Positions 37,271 to 50,370 of a DNA stretch of 64,000 bases are shown here, piece after piece; positions within the stretch are counted from its first letter, which is position 1, and each line of letters starts with the position of its first letter. The stretch comes from Hydrolagus affinis (lineage: Eukaryota). The DNA is taken from assembly GCA_012026655.1 (NCBI GenBank), contig JAAILG010000808.1, positions 1 through 64,000 of the forward strand, read 5' to 3'. The notes below the pieces were generated by a model. That model searched no databases. It was not told where the DNA came from and was given only the letters and a program-made list of their open reading frames with translations. The position numbers were made by a program, and so were the translations under genes.

Positions 37271-40200
37271 ATTCTATAGTCAGGGTCTTATTCATACCTT
37301 GCAAAAGTTAAAAGTAGCACAAGAGAGATAAAATTGGTAGAAATCAGTGAAGAATATCTCCTGCTCAACATCATTCTAAAATCTTAAATCATATTTCCTC
37401 TTGTCTTTCAGTTTGCTAAAAGAAATAACCTTTCCCTACACCTGCCTGCATAGTATGGTAATGTGATTAAAGGTTAGAGATTCTATGTATTGCTCTCTTC
37501 ACCCTTTTGAGTATATTTGTGTTGCTGTGAAGGGAGGGTGACCAAATCTGAATGCAATTTTAAAGTGTGATTGATACATTATGCAGAGCAATTACACTAT
37601 CCTTGGACTCGAACTCTGTGTTGTTGGCAAATTATATCAAGCATATTGTTAGAATCGTTAAACAAAACACAATGCAACATAATGCATCTAAAGTGACAAT
37701 GGGGGTCTAATTTGCAGAATTTCACAATATGGTGGGGAGTCTTCACAATATTTGCAATGAATTGCTGCCAAACGTTGTATAAACAGGGAACTCTGTCAGC
37801 ATGCTTCATGCTGGAATCACACTTCTCAGAAGCACCTGAAGTAAAGGCTTTCAAGCAGGAGATACAACAAATGCATAACAGAGGGATACAATTGAAGCAG
37901 GAACACAAACTCGGTCCTTCAATTGAATTTTCTTCTTGGTTTGCAATGTCTGAAACTCCAGCCTGTAATGTTGGCTGTTCTCAACTTCTGAATACATGAT
38001 TTCCTCCACTTCCATACACCTACATATTTACATTAGATATATAAAACAGTCAGAGTTTGGTGCTGCAGTTTGGTATTCAGTCTAGCATTGTATTGGTGGA
38101 AACCCCTCCCGCAATCGATATTCAAGTTTCTATGCAGCGGCTCAGGCCACAATTTAAATCTTATTTTCTCAGACACATCAGCTTGACTCGTTTTAAATCA
38201 ATTTTCAAAAATGAAAAAAATTCCCCTACCCTGAAATAAAGTCACTTAAAATGTCTTTGTCCTTGCCATAAATAAAGTCCCTTTTTATCAAATCACTCTT
38301 ATTTTGCAAATCCACATGCCTCAGAGAGGCTCCTGTCGATGTGTACAAGGCATTTAATGGGATAAGGGAAAAGGTTACCAGAAAGGGTCATTTGAGGCTA
38401 GATTTTTTTTTAAATGCTTGATGCAATAATGGGAAGATGAAAGGTTTGATATTCTGGGAAGATGAGAAAGAACGGGCTGCTTGGACCTTTTTCATCCAAG
38501 CCACTCATGATCGGGACACGTCTCAGCAGGAACCTCACTTTGAAATAAAGAAAACGATTGCCCTAAAATGTTAGGAGAATCGTTTCATCCATCACAAGGA
38601 CTGCAGAGGTTTCCTCGAAGTCTTACCCGTGCCAACCAGATGAGATCCACCCGGTTCACAGAGAAGTGCTCATTAAAGAGAAGCTTTTGGGAAAAAATGA
38701 AAAGGTACAAAGAAAGCTCTGTTCAGAGAACATAACGTCAGAGAGATAAAAGAGCCAAGTGCATCTTATTTAAACCCGTACCATTCTATAATCTACTCTC
38801 TGCGTAGAACACTTGCAATGTTACGTTAAATTCTCATGTCTTCAAATCTAAATTTAATTTCCTTTTATTCTGCACATCCTTCCAACAGTTCATTATTTTT
38901 TTACTGATTTATTCATTAAACCTAGAAAGGTACAGCTGATCTGAGTTGGTCCAGACTCTTGCTATTCATCTCATTCTTCCCTCATTGACTGCTGGCTCCT
39001 GTCCCAGTTATTGTCGCATCCCTTTCTCTAACATGGCAACTCCTGTGCATCCTGCATTACATGCCCTTTGCCATCACTGCTCGGCTTTAGTCTGGGCCAA
39101 GGCAAGAAGCCCAATGATGTCCATAGATTTGGGGAGCAATAATAAAATAAACTAGATCTGGGCACCTACGGTTATCATGTACCAGTGTCGTCGGGACATT
39201 AGGGGGGCAGTAGTCAAGCAGTGTTCCACTGATTTATTGAAAAAGACAGAAGGTGACATTTATTTGTCCTACTGCTCAGTCTGTCTTCCGTCACTAACCT
39301 ATTTGCTGTTCTACCACCACCATCACTTCACACAGGGACAGCTTTCTATATTTGCCATTTTCCTTCGTTCTCTTATACATAAACATGAATAATATGATGC
39401 TGCCAAATTCAACATTGTGGGCAATATACCACCTGTCCTTATCACATCAGATAGTATATTTTCAGTCATCCCTTGTTTGAAACACTGCATGGAAAATAGG
39501 GATCTGCAGATGTGAAACATTTAAATAAATAACCCTTTCACTTGAACAATACACTAGGTAAAATTGGTCATTGACTTCATAGCTGTTTGGGGGACACTGC
39601 TATTTACGGTAAATCCAGTGAAGCACTTTGGGACGTTTCACTGTGATAAGCCACTCTGCCAACTGTAAGGATTCATTTCAAAATTAGTGTTCAGGTGATT
39701 TCTTGGTAACAGATTTTTAGAAAATGAGGCAGTTGGAGAACAGGTTAAATATATGGAACTTGAGCATTCTTTGGGCAGTGAAGTGTTCAGTCTCCACATT
39801 TTTCTTTTGCTTCTAAGTCTCTTTGCCTTAGGGATGTGTGAGTTCATTGGCATCCATCTTGAAAATTTTATTGAAGCTTAGAAAACCTATTTGTAGCCAA
39901 GTACCACTTGTTGAATAGAGCATTTTTTCATGCCTGCCTGTTCCACATTGGAAAATGCTTCCCTCCCTCTATTATTTTTGTTCACTTGAGAAAATCGCTG
40001 GAACATTCTATTTCAAACTTTTTCATCGCATTTTCGAACATGGCAATGTATATATGCAGGGGATTGCAGGAACAACAGGAGAAAAACTCCATTATTCCCA
40101 CACCAAATCGTATTACAGAACACACATGGGCTCTTCCGAGAATGAATTCAATTTGAAACAGTCCCGTTGAAGAAATCAGAGATCGTATGGGGACAATTTC

Positions 40201-40404
40201 CATCTAGACTTAGATTCACGCTGTTTACCCAGCATTTTAATGAGCGTAACTTGGAAAATTGTTGATTTGGGTTTGAATTTTAAAATCAGTTTTCTGCAGT
40301 TGTTCTTTTAAAGAACAATCAGGAAAACAACTTCAAAATTAAAACTGGTTTAAGAATTTATTAATTTTGAACTATGAGTAAAATACAAATGTTAATAGCT
40401 CCAG

Positions 40405-40480
40405 GCTGCGCGATTGTGAAGTGCTTGGAGACGCCGCCCGGCCTGGAGGGTACTATATAAATGCAAGTTGTAGTTGTTGT
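40405..40480 (+). mobile_element. L2-type 3' tail
   Basis: tgtgaagtgcttggagacgccgcccggcctggagggtactatataaatgcaagttgtagttgttg. Confidence 0.8.
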
Positions 40481-43126
40481 TTGATTAAATTGAGTAAATC
40501 TAGATCCTATGGAAATCTTTCTCCAGCAGAGTTTAGACAAAGCATGTTTCTTCTTTTATTTTTCTTCTCATTTACATTATTGGATGAAATACTGTTTATT
40601 TTACAATTAATGGAATGTGTGTGCAGTATATATAGCAAGACAGAAAGGAGTTTACAATCCTCAATTACTCTGGAGTTGACATCATTGAATGATGAGGTTT
40701 TTCAAACCGAGGAAAAATAAAGTACACCCAGGAGCCGCTTAACCTCCAGTGCACGATTTAGGTGAACTGTATTCATCATCAATTGAAGTTTGAGAACAGA
40801 AATCCCTTGTGAATTCCGATATGCAACATTGCATTAACCACATTATGGGAATTTTTTGTTGAAGGAAATCAAAAGAGATTGTAGAAGTAAATGTACCTTA
40901 CCACAGTGTTATTTAACTCCTATAATTTATACACAGCATGTAGTCTTATGGTATGTTGTACATCAAACACAGCTACTAACATTTGTATTTTACTCATAGT
41001 TCCACTTAAAGTCTGCTCTAATCATATTCAGATTTCTACTCATATTCTTTTAATTATCTTTGCATTGAGACCCAATTTCTGTTTGTTTTACTCTTTTCAG
41101 TGATACTGTGCGTCTCAGTGATTGGAGCACTCCTAACCTGTGAAGAATTATTGCAGTAGTTTTAGCATATTGCATTTTTGTTTAGAAGCTTTCTATGCAT
41201 TAAAAAAACAGAGCAAAACACCGCAATTCCCCAGTATTGCTTTACTGATTCAGCAAAGACCTGAAGGAGCTGAATGTGAATACAATTTAGAAGTTCTCCT
41301 GGCCGCAGTGCAATTCATCGACCTGTACAAATCCTTGCCTCATGAGTGCATCCTCCTCACGCAAATATGCTAGCAGTGAACTGGAAGGTGATGTTGGAAG
41401 AAATGTGGCTGATTGATTCAGACTGGATGACTTTCTAGCCTATGAACCCATTTCTTTTCGGATATTCTTCTGCTAAATGCATTTCAAAATGTAACAGACA
41501 ACCATATTTCATGTATTGTACTTTACTTTCCTGTGAATATTCACAATGCAAGCTTTCCACCTTTACCCAACACGTTTATGAACAAATCGTGCCACTGACA
41601 GATGAGTAAAGGTTCTTTGATTCAAGAGTACTGCACTTTGAATTTATTTTCCTTAAAATGATGGTGACAGAATACTTTTAGCAGATACTTAGTGGGTGTA
41701 AGGGGTAAAGGAGAATACAGTGCTCTGTGATTTCTTCCCACCCAGTACCAGATGGAATCCAGCTGTTACAGTAAGGCATTCAAGTGTCTTGGAATTTGAA
41801 CTTCTATACTTGTAAAAGACTTTCTGTACACGATAATTATTTGGGAATGTTTGCGCAGGTCTCAGTCACACTGATACTGAGATTAGCTGTGCCCAGCTAC
41901 CATTTGTGTTAATGACTATTCGAATAATGCAAAATCTGGAATATTACAAGTCACGGGAAATGATTAACTAACAACTGACCATCACATAATCACAATACTT
42001 GATTCTGTGTAAGTGACTGCACTGACAATTAAATCTGAGGAGATCAGTCTTTTAAACATTCATGACATAATACACTGGAGAAGGGTGGAAGTTTATGTTA
42101 TTAATAATACTAACTCACAATAACACCCCAAGACAAGGATGATGTTAAAGGAGTTGAATGCCTGTAAATGAATAGGGTGTCAAAAAAAATTTAACATGAA
42201 AAATTAATTTTCAAAAGGCTTATTATTAAACAGAACGGCATAGCAAATGCAGGTTCATGAAATCCATGCCCCGATTTTTGCTCTCAGTTGTGTGAAAAAT
42301 ATAATTGGTTTTTGCCTTATACCTATCCGATCCTTTTTGCTTTGAGATGTCCCCACAATGTTAAAGGCACTATGTCACAGTAAATTGTAAATTCTATTGT
42401 ATAGATCCCAAAAGAGATGTTCAGTGACACGGCTGCCACTGGTGACTTGTTTCTGTGGGAGAGGATGCAAAATAAAATTTCTAAATTCACAAAACAGAAT
42501 TTCAAAAAGAGTAATAGATGCTTAGAGCTGAACAGAAAGAACTTTCGAAAGAAAAGAAAGACAATCACATGAATACAGTAGAGCCCAGCGCTGACTAAGC
42601 GATCTTGGGTCGGTTGGGAGCTGAAGCTTTCAAAGACCTAATTGCATCATTGCACATGATCTTTTAATATTAGACTTACATTTTAGCCAAAGAAGCAATA
42701 AATAATATCACAGACCATTATGTATTAATGCTGAAAGCCTGAATAGAGTACCGTTAGTGATGGACCAAAAACCCAAAGCTGATAAAATATATGTCAACAT
42801 TTAATGTTACTCTTGATGCAGTTTTTTTTATGTTAGTAAATCCAATGGTACCCTAATGCAGTGTATTTAAGGTTATCCCTACTCAAAGTTACCTTGTTGC
42901 AATGTAAAATGTAACCTAGCGAGCAAAATCATTATCTGTTACTCCAAACTACAATTCTATCCCTCCTTCTCTGGGTGGTAACAATATAAAAACATAGGAG
43001 AGAACAGTCATGATGAAAGCCATTGAGGAAAAGCAGGTTTGCGTGATGCAAAATGTTTGGAACCACAGTATATGCCAAAACAAACAGACCATCACATCCT
43101 ATTTAATGATGTTGCTCAAATTTCAG

Positions 43127-43228
43127 ATCATGAGAGCCTTGGTGTTCCAAAAGCCATTCCATACCATCAGAAAACAAACATCAGACCAACCTATAACAAT
43201 CCTGAGAACCTTCCTCATAACACATCAG
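43127..43228 (+). CDS. Candidate coding exon (102 nt, phase 1-1), DHESLGVPKAIPYHQKTNIRPTYNNPENLPHNTS
   Basis: Acceptor gttgctcaaatttcAG, donor CAG|GTAACA, open frame, phase matches the end of 34128-34164. Confidence 0.4.
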
Positions 43229-45054
43229 GTAACAGTCAGATCACTTTACTCAGTCTTGGGTCTTAAATCTAGTAATATAAAGAGACATCTGTACATATTC
43301 AACATCATTACAACCTCCCTTCCTTATATGAGAATAGAAGTGTATTTTACCTACCCACATAGTACTGTACATATACTGTATATGAATTCTACAGATTGAC
43401 TTGAGCAGTGTCAATGGAATATTAAAAATTAGCTAATTACATTTGAACAACAGATGCAAACATTTCATAATGTAAGATCTGCGGAATGATTATTCCAACA
43501 TAAACATTTAAAAAATATTCCTAATGTCCACATTTAAATTATCTCTGCAGTCTTAAATATATGACAATAAAACAATTACACACAGATGTATTTTAAGAAT
43601 GACACACCCATTTTGATTTTTGATATACTGTAGTTCACAATCTCTCTCCAATCTCTATTTCAATGAGGTCACCTGAACCCAGAAAAATGTTTAAGTCACA
43701 GGATCATGAGTACAGATCCAAGATACAACTTTATTACATTTCCTGTAACTAAATAGCAACAGCATTATTGTGAATGATGCTAACACAAGTTTGCAGCATG
43801 CAAACCATCGTATTTAATCCCGTTATTGGTGGTGTTTAAAGAGCTCCTGTGACGCTATCAACATGAGTTGGGGTAAATAAATTATTATAAGTGTAACTGC
43901 AATACAGTAACTGGCATTCAACGTTTTTGCTGTTGTGGTGTCAAAACCGTTTTGTAGACATTTCAACAGAATAGACAACATTCCAAAAGGCCTGCTTACA
44001 CTAGATTTCACACATTCTTATCTGCAGCATGAACATGCCAGAAGAACATAGATTAGAATTCCAAGACTGATCGGCTAGTACTAAAATCCAAGTTCATATG
44101 ACCAAATAAGACACTTTTGTAGCACACTGCTGCAGAAAAACAAAACAACAGATGCAGCAAAAGAGTTTCATCGCCATTATCCAACACCTATAAGAGCTCA
44201 TTTCTGTGAATGCAACAACTTAGCCACGATTTGTTAGAGAGATGGTGAAATCCCAATGGGCAATGTTTCAGATCTTATGCATTATTGATGCTGCTTTGTT
44301 GTGGAATAATTTCACACAAAAATAAAAATAGGCGTACTTTTGTTTAATTTTATATTACATTTGGCAGCATTGGAATAAATGGAAGAAAATTTAATTTATA
44401 CGAGTTTTAATATAATGTAATCTCCATTTTCATAGAAACTTATTGTCCAAAATAAAATATATTATTAATTGTTACATAAACCTGGCTGTGCAGTTGTATT
44501 TCTTTTGCACTTTTCTCAGTCTGATAATAAAATTCTGATTATAGCAAGACCCTGGAATGTCTCATCCGTTTACTTTTCCAAATTTCCTATTAAATTTTAT
44601 TAGTACATCCGAAAAAAAGAGGCTTTCTTTTGTTGTCATGCTTTGGTATGCTGTTTCAGCAGTCAACCAGCAGAAACAGCCCCATCACAAATGAACTCTC
44701 TTAAACCCTGCTTTTACAATTCACTCGCATTCATTTATGCTCTTTTCAAACTGAATCCAAGCGATAAGAGCGGTCTTGGAATCAAATCACCACCAACATC
44801 TTGAAACTGAAACAAAATAGATTTTTACTGCGACACACTTTAAATGTTTTAAACCATCCTTAAACTTTTGAAATGTTTTCAGGATTTGGCTTCACTGTTT
44901 AACATTAAAAGAAAGTTTTTTTTAAAAAAAATTGCACACAATCTTATTGTGACTGAACAGTACTCTCGTCAGCCACAGCAGAGTTGTTTCAGAATGAGTA
45001 ATATATATCCAGATTCTTAGTCCGAACTGCTCTAACACAGGAAGTGATGTTGCG

Positions 45055-45375
45055 TGGCACAGACAGATGGCAGACACCATTCAACAAAGCGAGTGTGAGG
45101 TAGTTCACTTTGGCTGCAAGAACAGCAGATGGAGATACATTCCAAATGGGTGGCATTGGAAAGAGCAGATGAGCTCAATGATTTGGGGATCCAGGTACGC
45201 AAGTCATTTTGCGATGCAGAAAGCAATCAAAAAGGCTAATGGGACAACTTATTTCTTCAAAGGAGGTACAGTAGAATATAAAACAAGACAAGCACTGGAG
45301 TGTTTGGGGGGAGTGTGCTGAAGTTACAGAACAGTCATTGATAGTTAGACCTCCTCTGCAGTGTTGGTTTCCGTT
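45055..45375 (+). mobile_element. CR1 LINE reverse-transcriptase-region fragment (degraded)
   Basis: DRWQ..FN..ECEVVHFGCKN..DLGIQV..QKAIKKANG..VEYK across frames, typical of CR1 ORF2. Confidence 0.85.
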
Positions 45376-46399
45376 GGTAGTGGGACTGTCCAGTGTGAAA
45401 TTAAGTTCCTAGGTTCTATCTACTCCTAATTAGCTCATTTTAGCAGAGGGAGGATTCGACACTGCAATTGGCCTCCATGCTTCAAATTCGTTAACCAGGC
45501 ACAGAAACAAATTGCTGGTTTGGTGAGATACCAGAAGGCCCACGTAGCCAACCCCACTTTGAATAAGCAATGTTTGCAGAACAGAGAGAAGGGGAGAATT
45601 TAACAGAATAGCAGGTGCATTTGGTCAGATTGCTATTTTCTTTGTGTATTCAGCACAGAGGAGTTACTCACCACACATTACCATATCTCGAGGTTTCACG
45701 CCCTTCCAGTGTTGGCAGCCACAAAGCTTTGACACCAGACAAAGAAATTATTTTGAATTCTCGATTTCCTCTCTCTCTCTCTCTCTCTCCCTCCCCATTT
45801 GGTATTTTCTTCTGCCTCCTCGTTTGCCGACCTTCCTTCTTTCTCTGCCTCTCTTGAATCGAGCCCCAATCAAAAGGAGAAGCACTTCAATCCGGAATTA
45901 ACAACGCCACACCTTGAGGTGCAAAACACATCACCAAAAAAGATTTTATAATCAAGTCAATGTTTCTTACATTATATTATTTTGAATTAACAGGATTTAT
46001 TTTGAACCTAGGATTGCTGCAATGCACGCAAGGGAAATCGGTTTACAGAATAGTTAAGGTTTTAGTTGGCCTTCATATAGCCACCTGCTTAATGTAACAC
46101 TGGGTATATGCTTGACTGACATATTGTAAGATTGCCAAAAGACATGTTGAAAGATAAAAAGAAGCAACCAGATGGTTTGCGACAGACCTTTTTTATTATA
46201 ATAAATGAACAACCGCATTATTTTAAACTATCTGGCTGGAGATTTCAACTCCAACAAATATGATGTGAAACCAAGTATTGTAGATTCAACATATTTGGCT
46301 GTAACAAAGAACTGGATAATTTAGAGGAAAATATCAGGGCTTCCCCATTGCCTACTCTGCAGAGGCAAACTTGATGTAAGTAGCACAAAGCCAGACAGT

Positions 46400-46800
46400 G
46401 CAGTGTATGTATTCAAATCCCAAACTGCACAGAATTTAACTGATCTTAGCGCCACTCGCTTCATGGCTGAAGGGAGGGGAAAATTAAATTGCATTACTAT
46501 TCCTCATCACAAACTCGTGAAAGGCCCTTTACAAATGTAATTTTGTTGTTGTTCTGATGCCCCCTGGCAGAAAGTGTGCTCTTGTTGGCAAAGTGTGTGT
46601 ATCTATGAATGTCTGAATGAATGTACAGGTTTGAATTCAGATGTGATGGCTTGTTGTTGAATGCTGTACTGGCATTTCACTGTATAGACTGATATATGAA
46701 GCACAATACAAACATGTGGGCAAGACACTGGATGTCAGGCTTTTTCTGTGAAACCACAACTCAAGAGTCAGTATCCTCAGGGAAGGAAAGAAGAAAATTG
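46400..46800 (+). mobile_element. Ancient SINE family 2, long copy
   Basis: taactgatcttagc..ggagggggaaaatt..gaaagtgtg..gatgtgatg..cactgtatagact..gagtcagtatcctcagggaagg. Confidence 0.55.
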
Positions 46801-48587
46801 GTACCTTTGAAATTTAGTTCAGCTAATATATCTCAGAACAACTTGACCCCAATACCTTTATCATATAAGTGAATATGAATTTTAAACAGGTATAACAGGA
46901 GAGCTAATGGATATTTGTGGCACTGTAGGAGGCTTCTATCTCACATGCCATTATTTTGTTCCGGTTTCCATTGGTGTAAATTATGGGAGAGTAGAGAGCG
47001 GACATGTTGCCCACCAATCTGAGAAGCTCAGCTGAGGATATAAATTTGAAAGAACTCCGGATTTTAGTGTGAGACGACATTACTCATTGATTTCAGCTCA
47101 CTTTAAAAGCAAATTATTTTAGTCTTATTAGACCAAAGACTGTTATATTCCTTCATCACTAAAGAAAATGTAATTGGAATTCATTCTTACTACATATAAA
47201 ACTAAGTGGGTTTGATTTTTCCCCAAGAATATTCATTCTGCGCTGCTGTTTACCAGATTCCATGTCATCTCCATAAAAAATTCTATTTTTTTTAAAACAC
47301 ACACACACATAGAATCAACTGAATTGAGCAGCGAGAGTTACTTCTCCTGCAGTAATGTCTGTGTGGCATCGGAAGCAGGATTTACAAGCCAAATGCTAAG
47401 ACCACCTGCACAAAAGTTACCTTCAATTCTACTTTTATATGTTCAACTTTAGAGATCAAGCATCACCACTACATTAACTGATTGCGAGCTATGCAAACTC
47501 CTTCATCTGTGCATCCAATAGAATAGTCAACAGTTTCACATGCTGCAGCCTTCATGCGCCAATGTTCGGAGATGGCTGCAAAAGCAATACAGGATTGCAG
47601 CTGCTTTAAAGTTTTGTGTGGCATCAAATCTTGGACAGTTGATGCATCCTGCACTCTCGGATCAATGAACAAAAAACATACTAGCAATCCTGTTAACTTT
47701 ACTTTTGTGAGCCTTTTGTCCTCCCTTACTCCCTCTCCGAATCATAATGTTGCAGTGTTTTAATATTGTTCCCACTTGCATCAGGATGCGCATTTTGTGT
47801 CATGCAACAAGCAAAAGGAGCGTTAGCAGAAGACAAAATGTGCGCCTTCATCATGTGCCAAAAATGGATGGTTGACTGGAAAACAATTTTCAGAACAATC
47901 CTGCATCAATTTAAATTTCTTCCCCTCTGCGTTTCTAAGGAACGCCCCAGGCAACTGCTTCGCACTATTCAAAAATGAAACTCTGAACACAGGGTATGAA
48001 TGCCACAAGCACTTTCACCTGTAGCCCAAGGAAACACTATGTGCTTCCTTCCTCACATACCCAAAGAATGTGAAATTAATGGAATTCAATGAAACTACCA
48101 CCAACATACAAGAGAAATGATAAACATTGGGTAGAAATAGTCCAGAAATCAAGAGTACTAGCTATCAGTATAATAGTTAATGGAATGGTTTGAGGTTCGA
48201 CTGTATTTTAGCTGCTGTATTGCAATCTGTGTGGTTGAACACAGTGCAGAACATGGTTAGAAAATGCCTAAGTTTAAGCCATCGTGTTTTGTAAAAAATA
48301 AATATATACCTGACAAGCATGACCAGAATTCTATACACAATTTTAAATCAATTAAAGATTTCATATGTCTTAATAATCTGCCTTACTGACTGCCTTACTA
48401 TTTTATCAAGAGTCTCATATCTTTTATTTTATTAACAAGCTTGTAGAAGAGCTGTTGTTCTCATCATCATCAGCTTTGGCTAGTGTTTTCCTCTTCCCAG
48501 CCCAAGAGTAGTGTTAGAACCCTCTTCACAACCATGCAGCTGACAGGAGCCAAGTGAGGTGATCAGCATTTAAACCATAAAATACTG

Positions 48588-48950
48588 TGGAGTCCTGTAG
48601 TTCAGTGTTTAGAACATTTGCCTTGCAAGCGAGAGACCTGGCAGGGCAAAATGTTGGGCCAGTTTCCTTACTCAAAATGTCTGATGATAGATAATTGCTC
48701 AAGAATAAAAATAAAATAATAATTTGATAACTCAATTTACAATTGTTTGTGGGACATTGCTGTGCACAACTGGCTGCCATGTTTTGCCCACAGACATTCA
48801 ACAACAACAACTTCGATCTATATAGCACCCTCCACGCCAATACATTCACTTCACTTTACAGTATATGCTGTGAAGCATTTCGAGACATCTGGAAGATGTG
48901 AAAAGTGCTATATCAAATGTAAGGATTCTTCTTCTTCTTAATATTATTAT
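48588..48950 (+). mobile_element. tRNA-derived SINE (copy D) with an antisense L2-tail insert at 48801-48841
   Basis: SINE head and tail present; insert flanked by ACATTCA at 48794-48800 and 48842-48848. Confidence 0.9.
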
Positions 48951-50269
48951 AAAGACCTTCTGGTCCATGTCACAAACATTTTAGATTTGCCAACTGCTCT
49001 ATTGGTGGCTGTTGTAAATGTCACTATGGCTCATGTTGGCAAGTGCATTCTCCAGTGCTGGTAACACAATTCCAGGCATTGCTTATTCTTCACACTATTG
49101 CTGGCATTTTTTTCTGCTGAATCTGTTTTTTTTAGAAAAAGTTGTCCTGTCTTAACTTTGAATCTGAGCTGGCGACCATATTAAACAACTTGCACAATCT
49201 ACATTTAATCAAGGAACTCAAGTTTTGGGGGGGAAAAAAATATCTTGATAATACTGTACAAGGCAAGTTTTAGCACATCATCTGGGGATTCTGAACGTAG
49301 CAAAATATATATATTTTTAAAATAAATAAAAGTTTATTTTTGTTTCAATACAGCTTTCTGAGATTTGCAGTTAAAAGTCACTTCAGGAAAATCCATTTCT
49401 GTTTCCACATTCGCGTTAGCTGATACACGCACAAGATGAAAAAATGGAATTGGAAAAATAATGGCTGGAAAATTACAAAGACACACTGAATTGCAACTCC
49501 GACTTTGATTTGGCCAAACGTGGTTGTTGCTTTTTCGAAAACCGAGGGAAGGGCGGGTGAGGAGGAAAGGATACATACATTTAACTGGAAGTTCATGTCA
49601 CTTTCTTTTATTTTGGCAGACCACAGACGGCAAGTAAACTCATTTGTTGTTGCGTTTCTGATATCAGTCCATTTTCCCGGAATTTGTCTTGCCTCAGGAT
49701 TTAGAAAATCTGCTCATAATTTGACAGACTTCGTTCGTTGAAAGAGTCTGGGAAAGGAGAGTAAAGACTCCCTGCACAGAAGCTGGTAAACCAACGTAAT
49801 GTGATCTGCTGTCTGAAATGTGACTATAGGGACAAAACAGAGCATTGCCCCGTTCACCCTGTCTGTAGGATGCACAATAAATCACATTTTCTGCTGTTCA
49901 AAACGACATGTCAAGGGAAAGTACCCTTGCTTGGTTTACTCTCACTAACAGTATTTACTACTCTCAGGTACATCTCAGGTCAGTCACCTGCAGTATTCAA
50001 TCGGTAGCTTGGTGCAATTTCTTCTCATCTTTCTGTGCTACCAGCAACCAGGGACAATTTGTGAGACATCTGTCCTTTTTACTGTCATCTCGAGCTGCAT
50101 CCTGTAGTTGCATTGCTTACCAAAACAAAACCAAAGAAAAAGTAGCTGTACATTGCTGGACTATTCCAAAGCCTATCCTAAGTTTTCACCAAATAATCAG
50201 GTCAGTGTCAATCTGTGGAAATGTGCCCTAAGAAGCTGCGATTCGTCTGCATATAGTTATCTCACTTTA

Positions 50270-50370
50270 GAACCTTAACAGCTGCCAGGGGAAGGAATCT
50301 TTCATCCCATCTGTCTGGACTTGATTTGAACTTTAGTTCCAGAGAAGCAAGGACAGGTGCAACCAGCCCG
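50270..50370 (-). mobile_element. LF-SINE-like head fragment
   Basis: Reverse complement ctctggaactaaagttcaaatcaagtccagacagatgggatgaaag..gctgttaagg parallels 1600-1675. Confidence 0.4.

Noticed and set aside
38627-38683. - strand 57-nt exon LLFNEHFSVNRVDLIWLAR
   Set aside because: Plausible splice signals but isolated; other - strand donors (16412, 35330, 57890) do not form a coherent gene
41101-41160. Terminal exon after a strong acceptor (also 37412 and 16646)
   Set aside because: Early stops or phases that do not fit the chain; cannot be distinguished from cryptic acceptors
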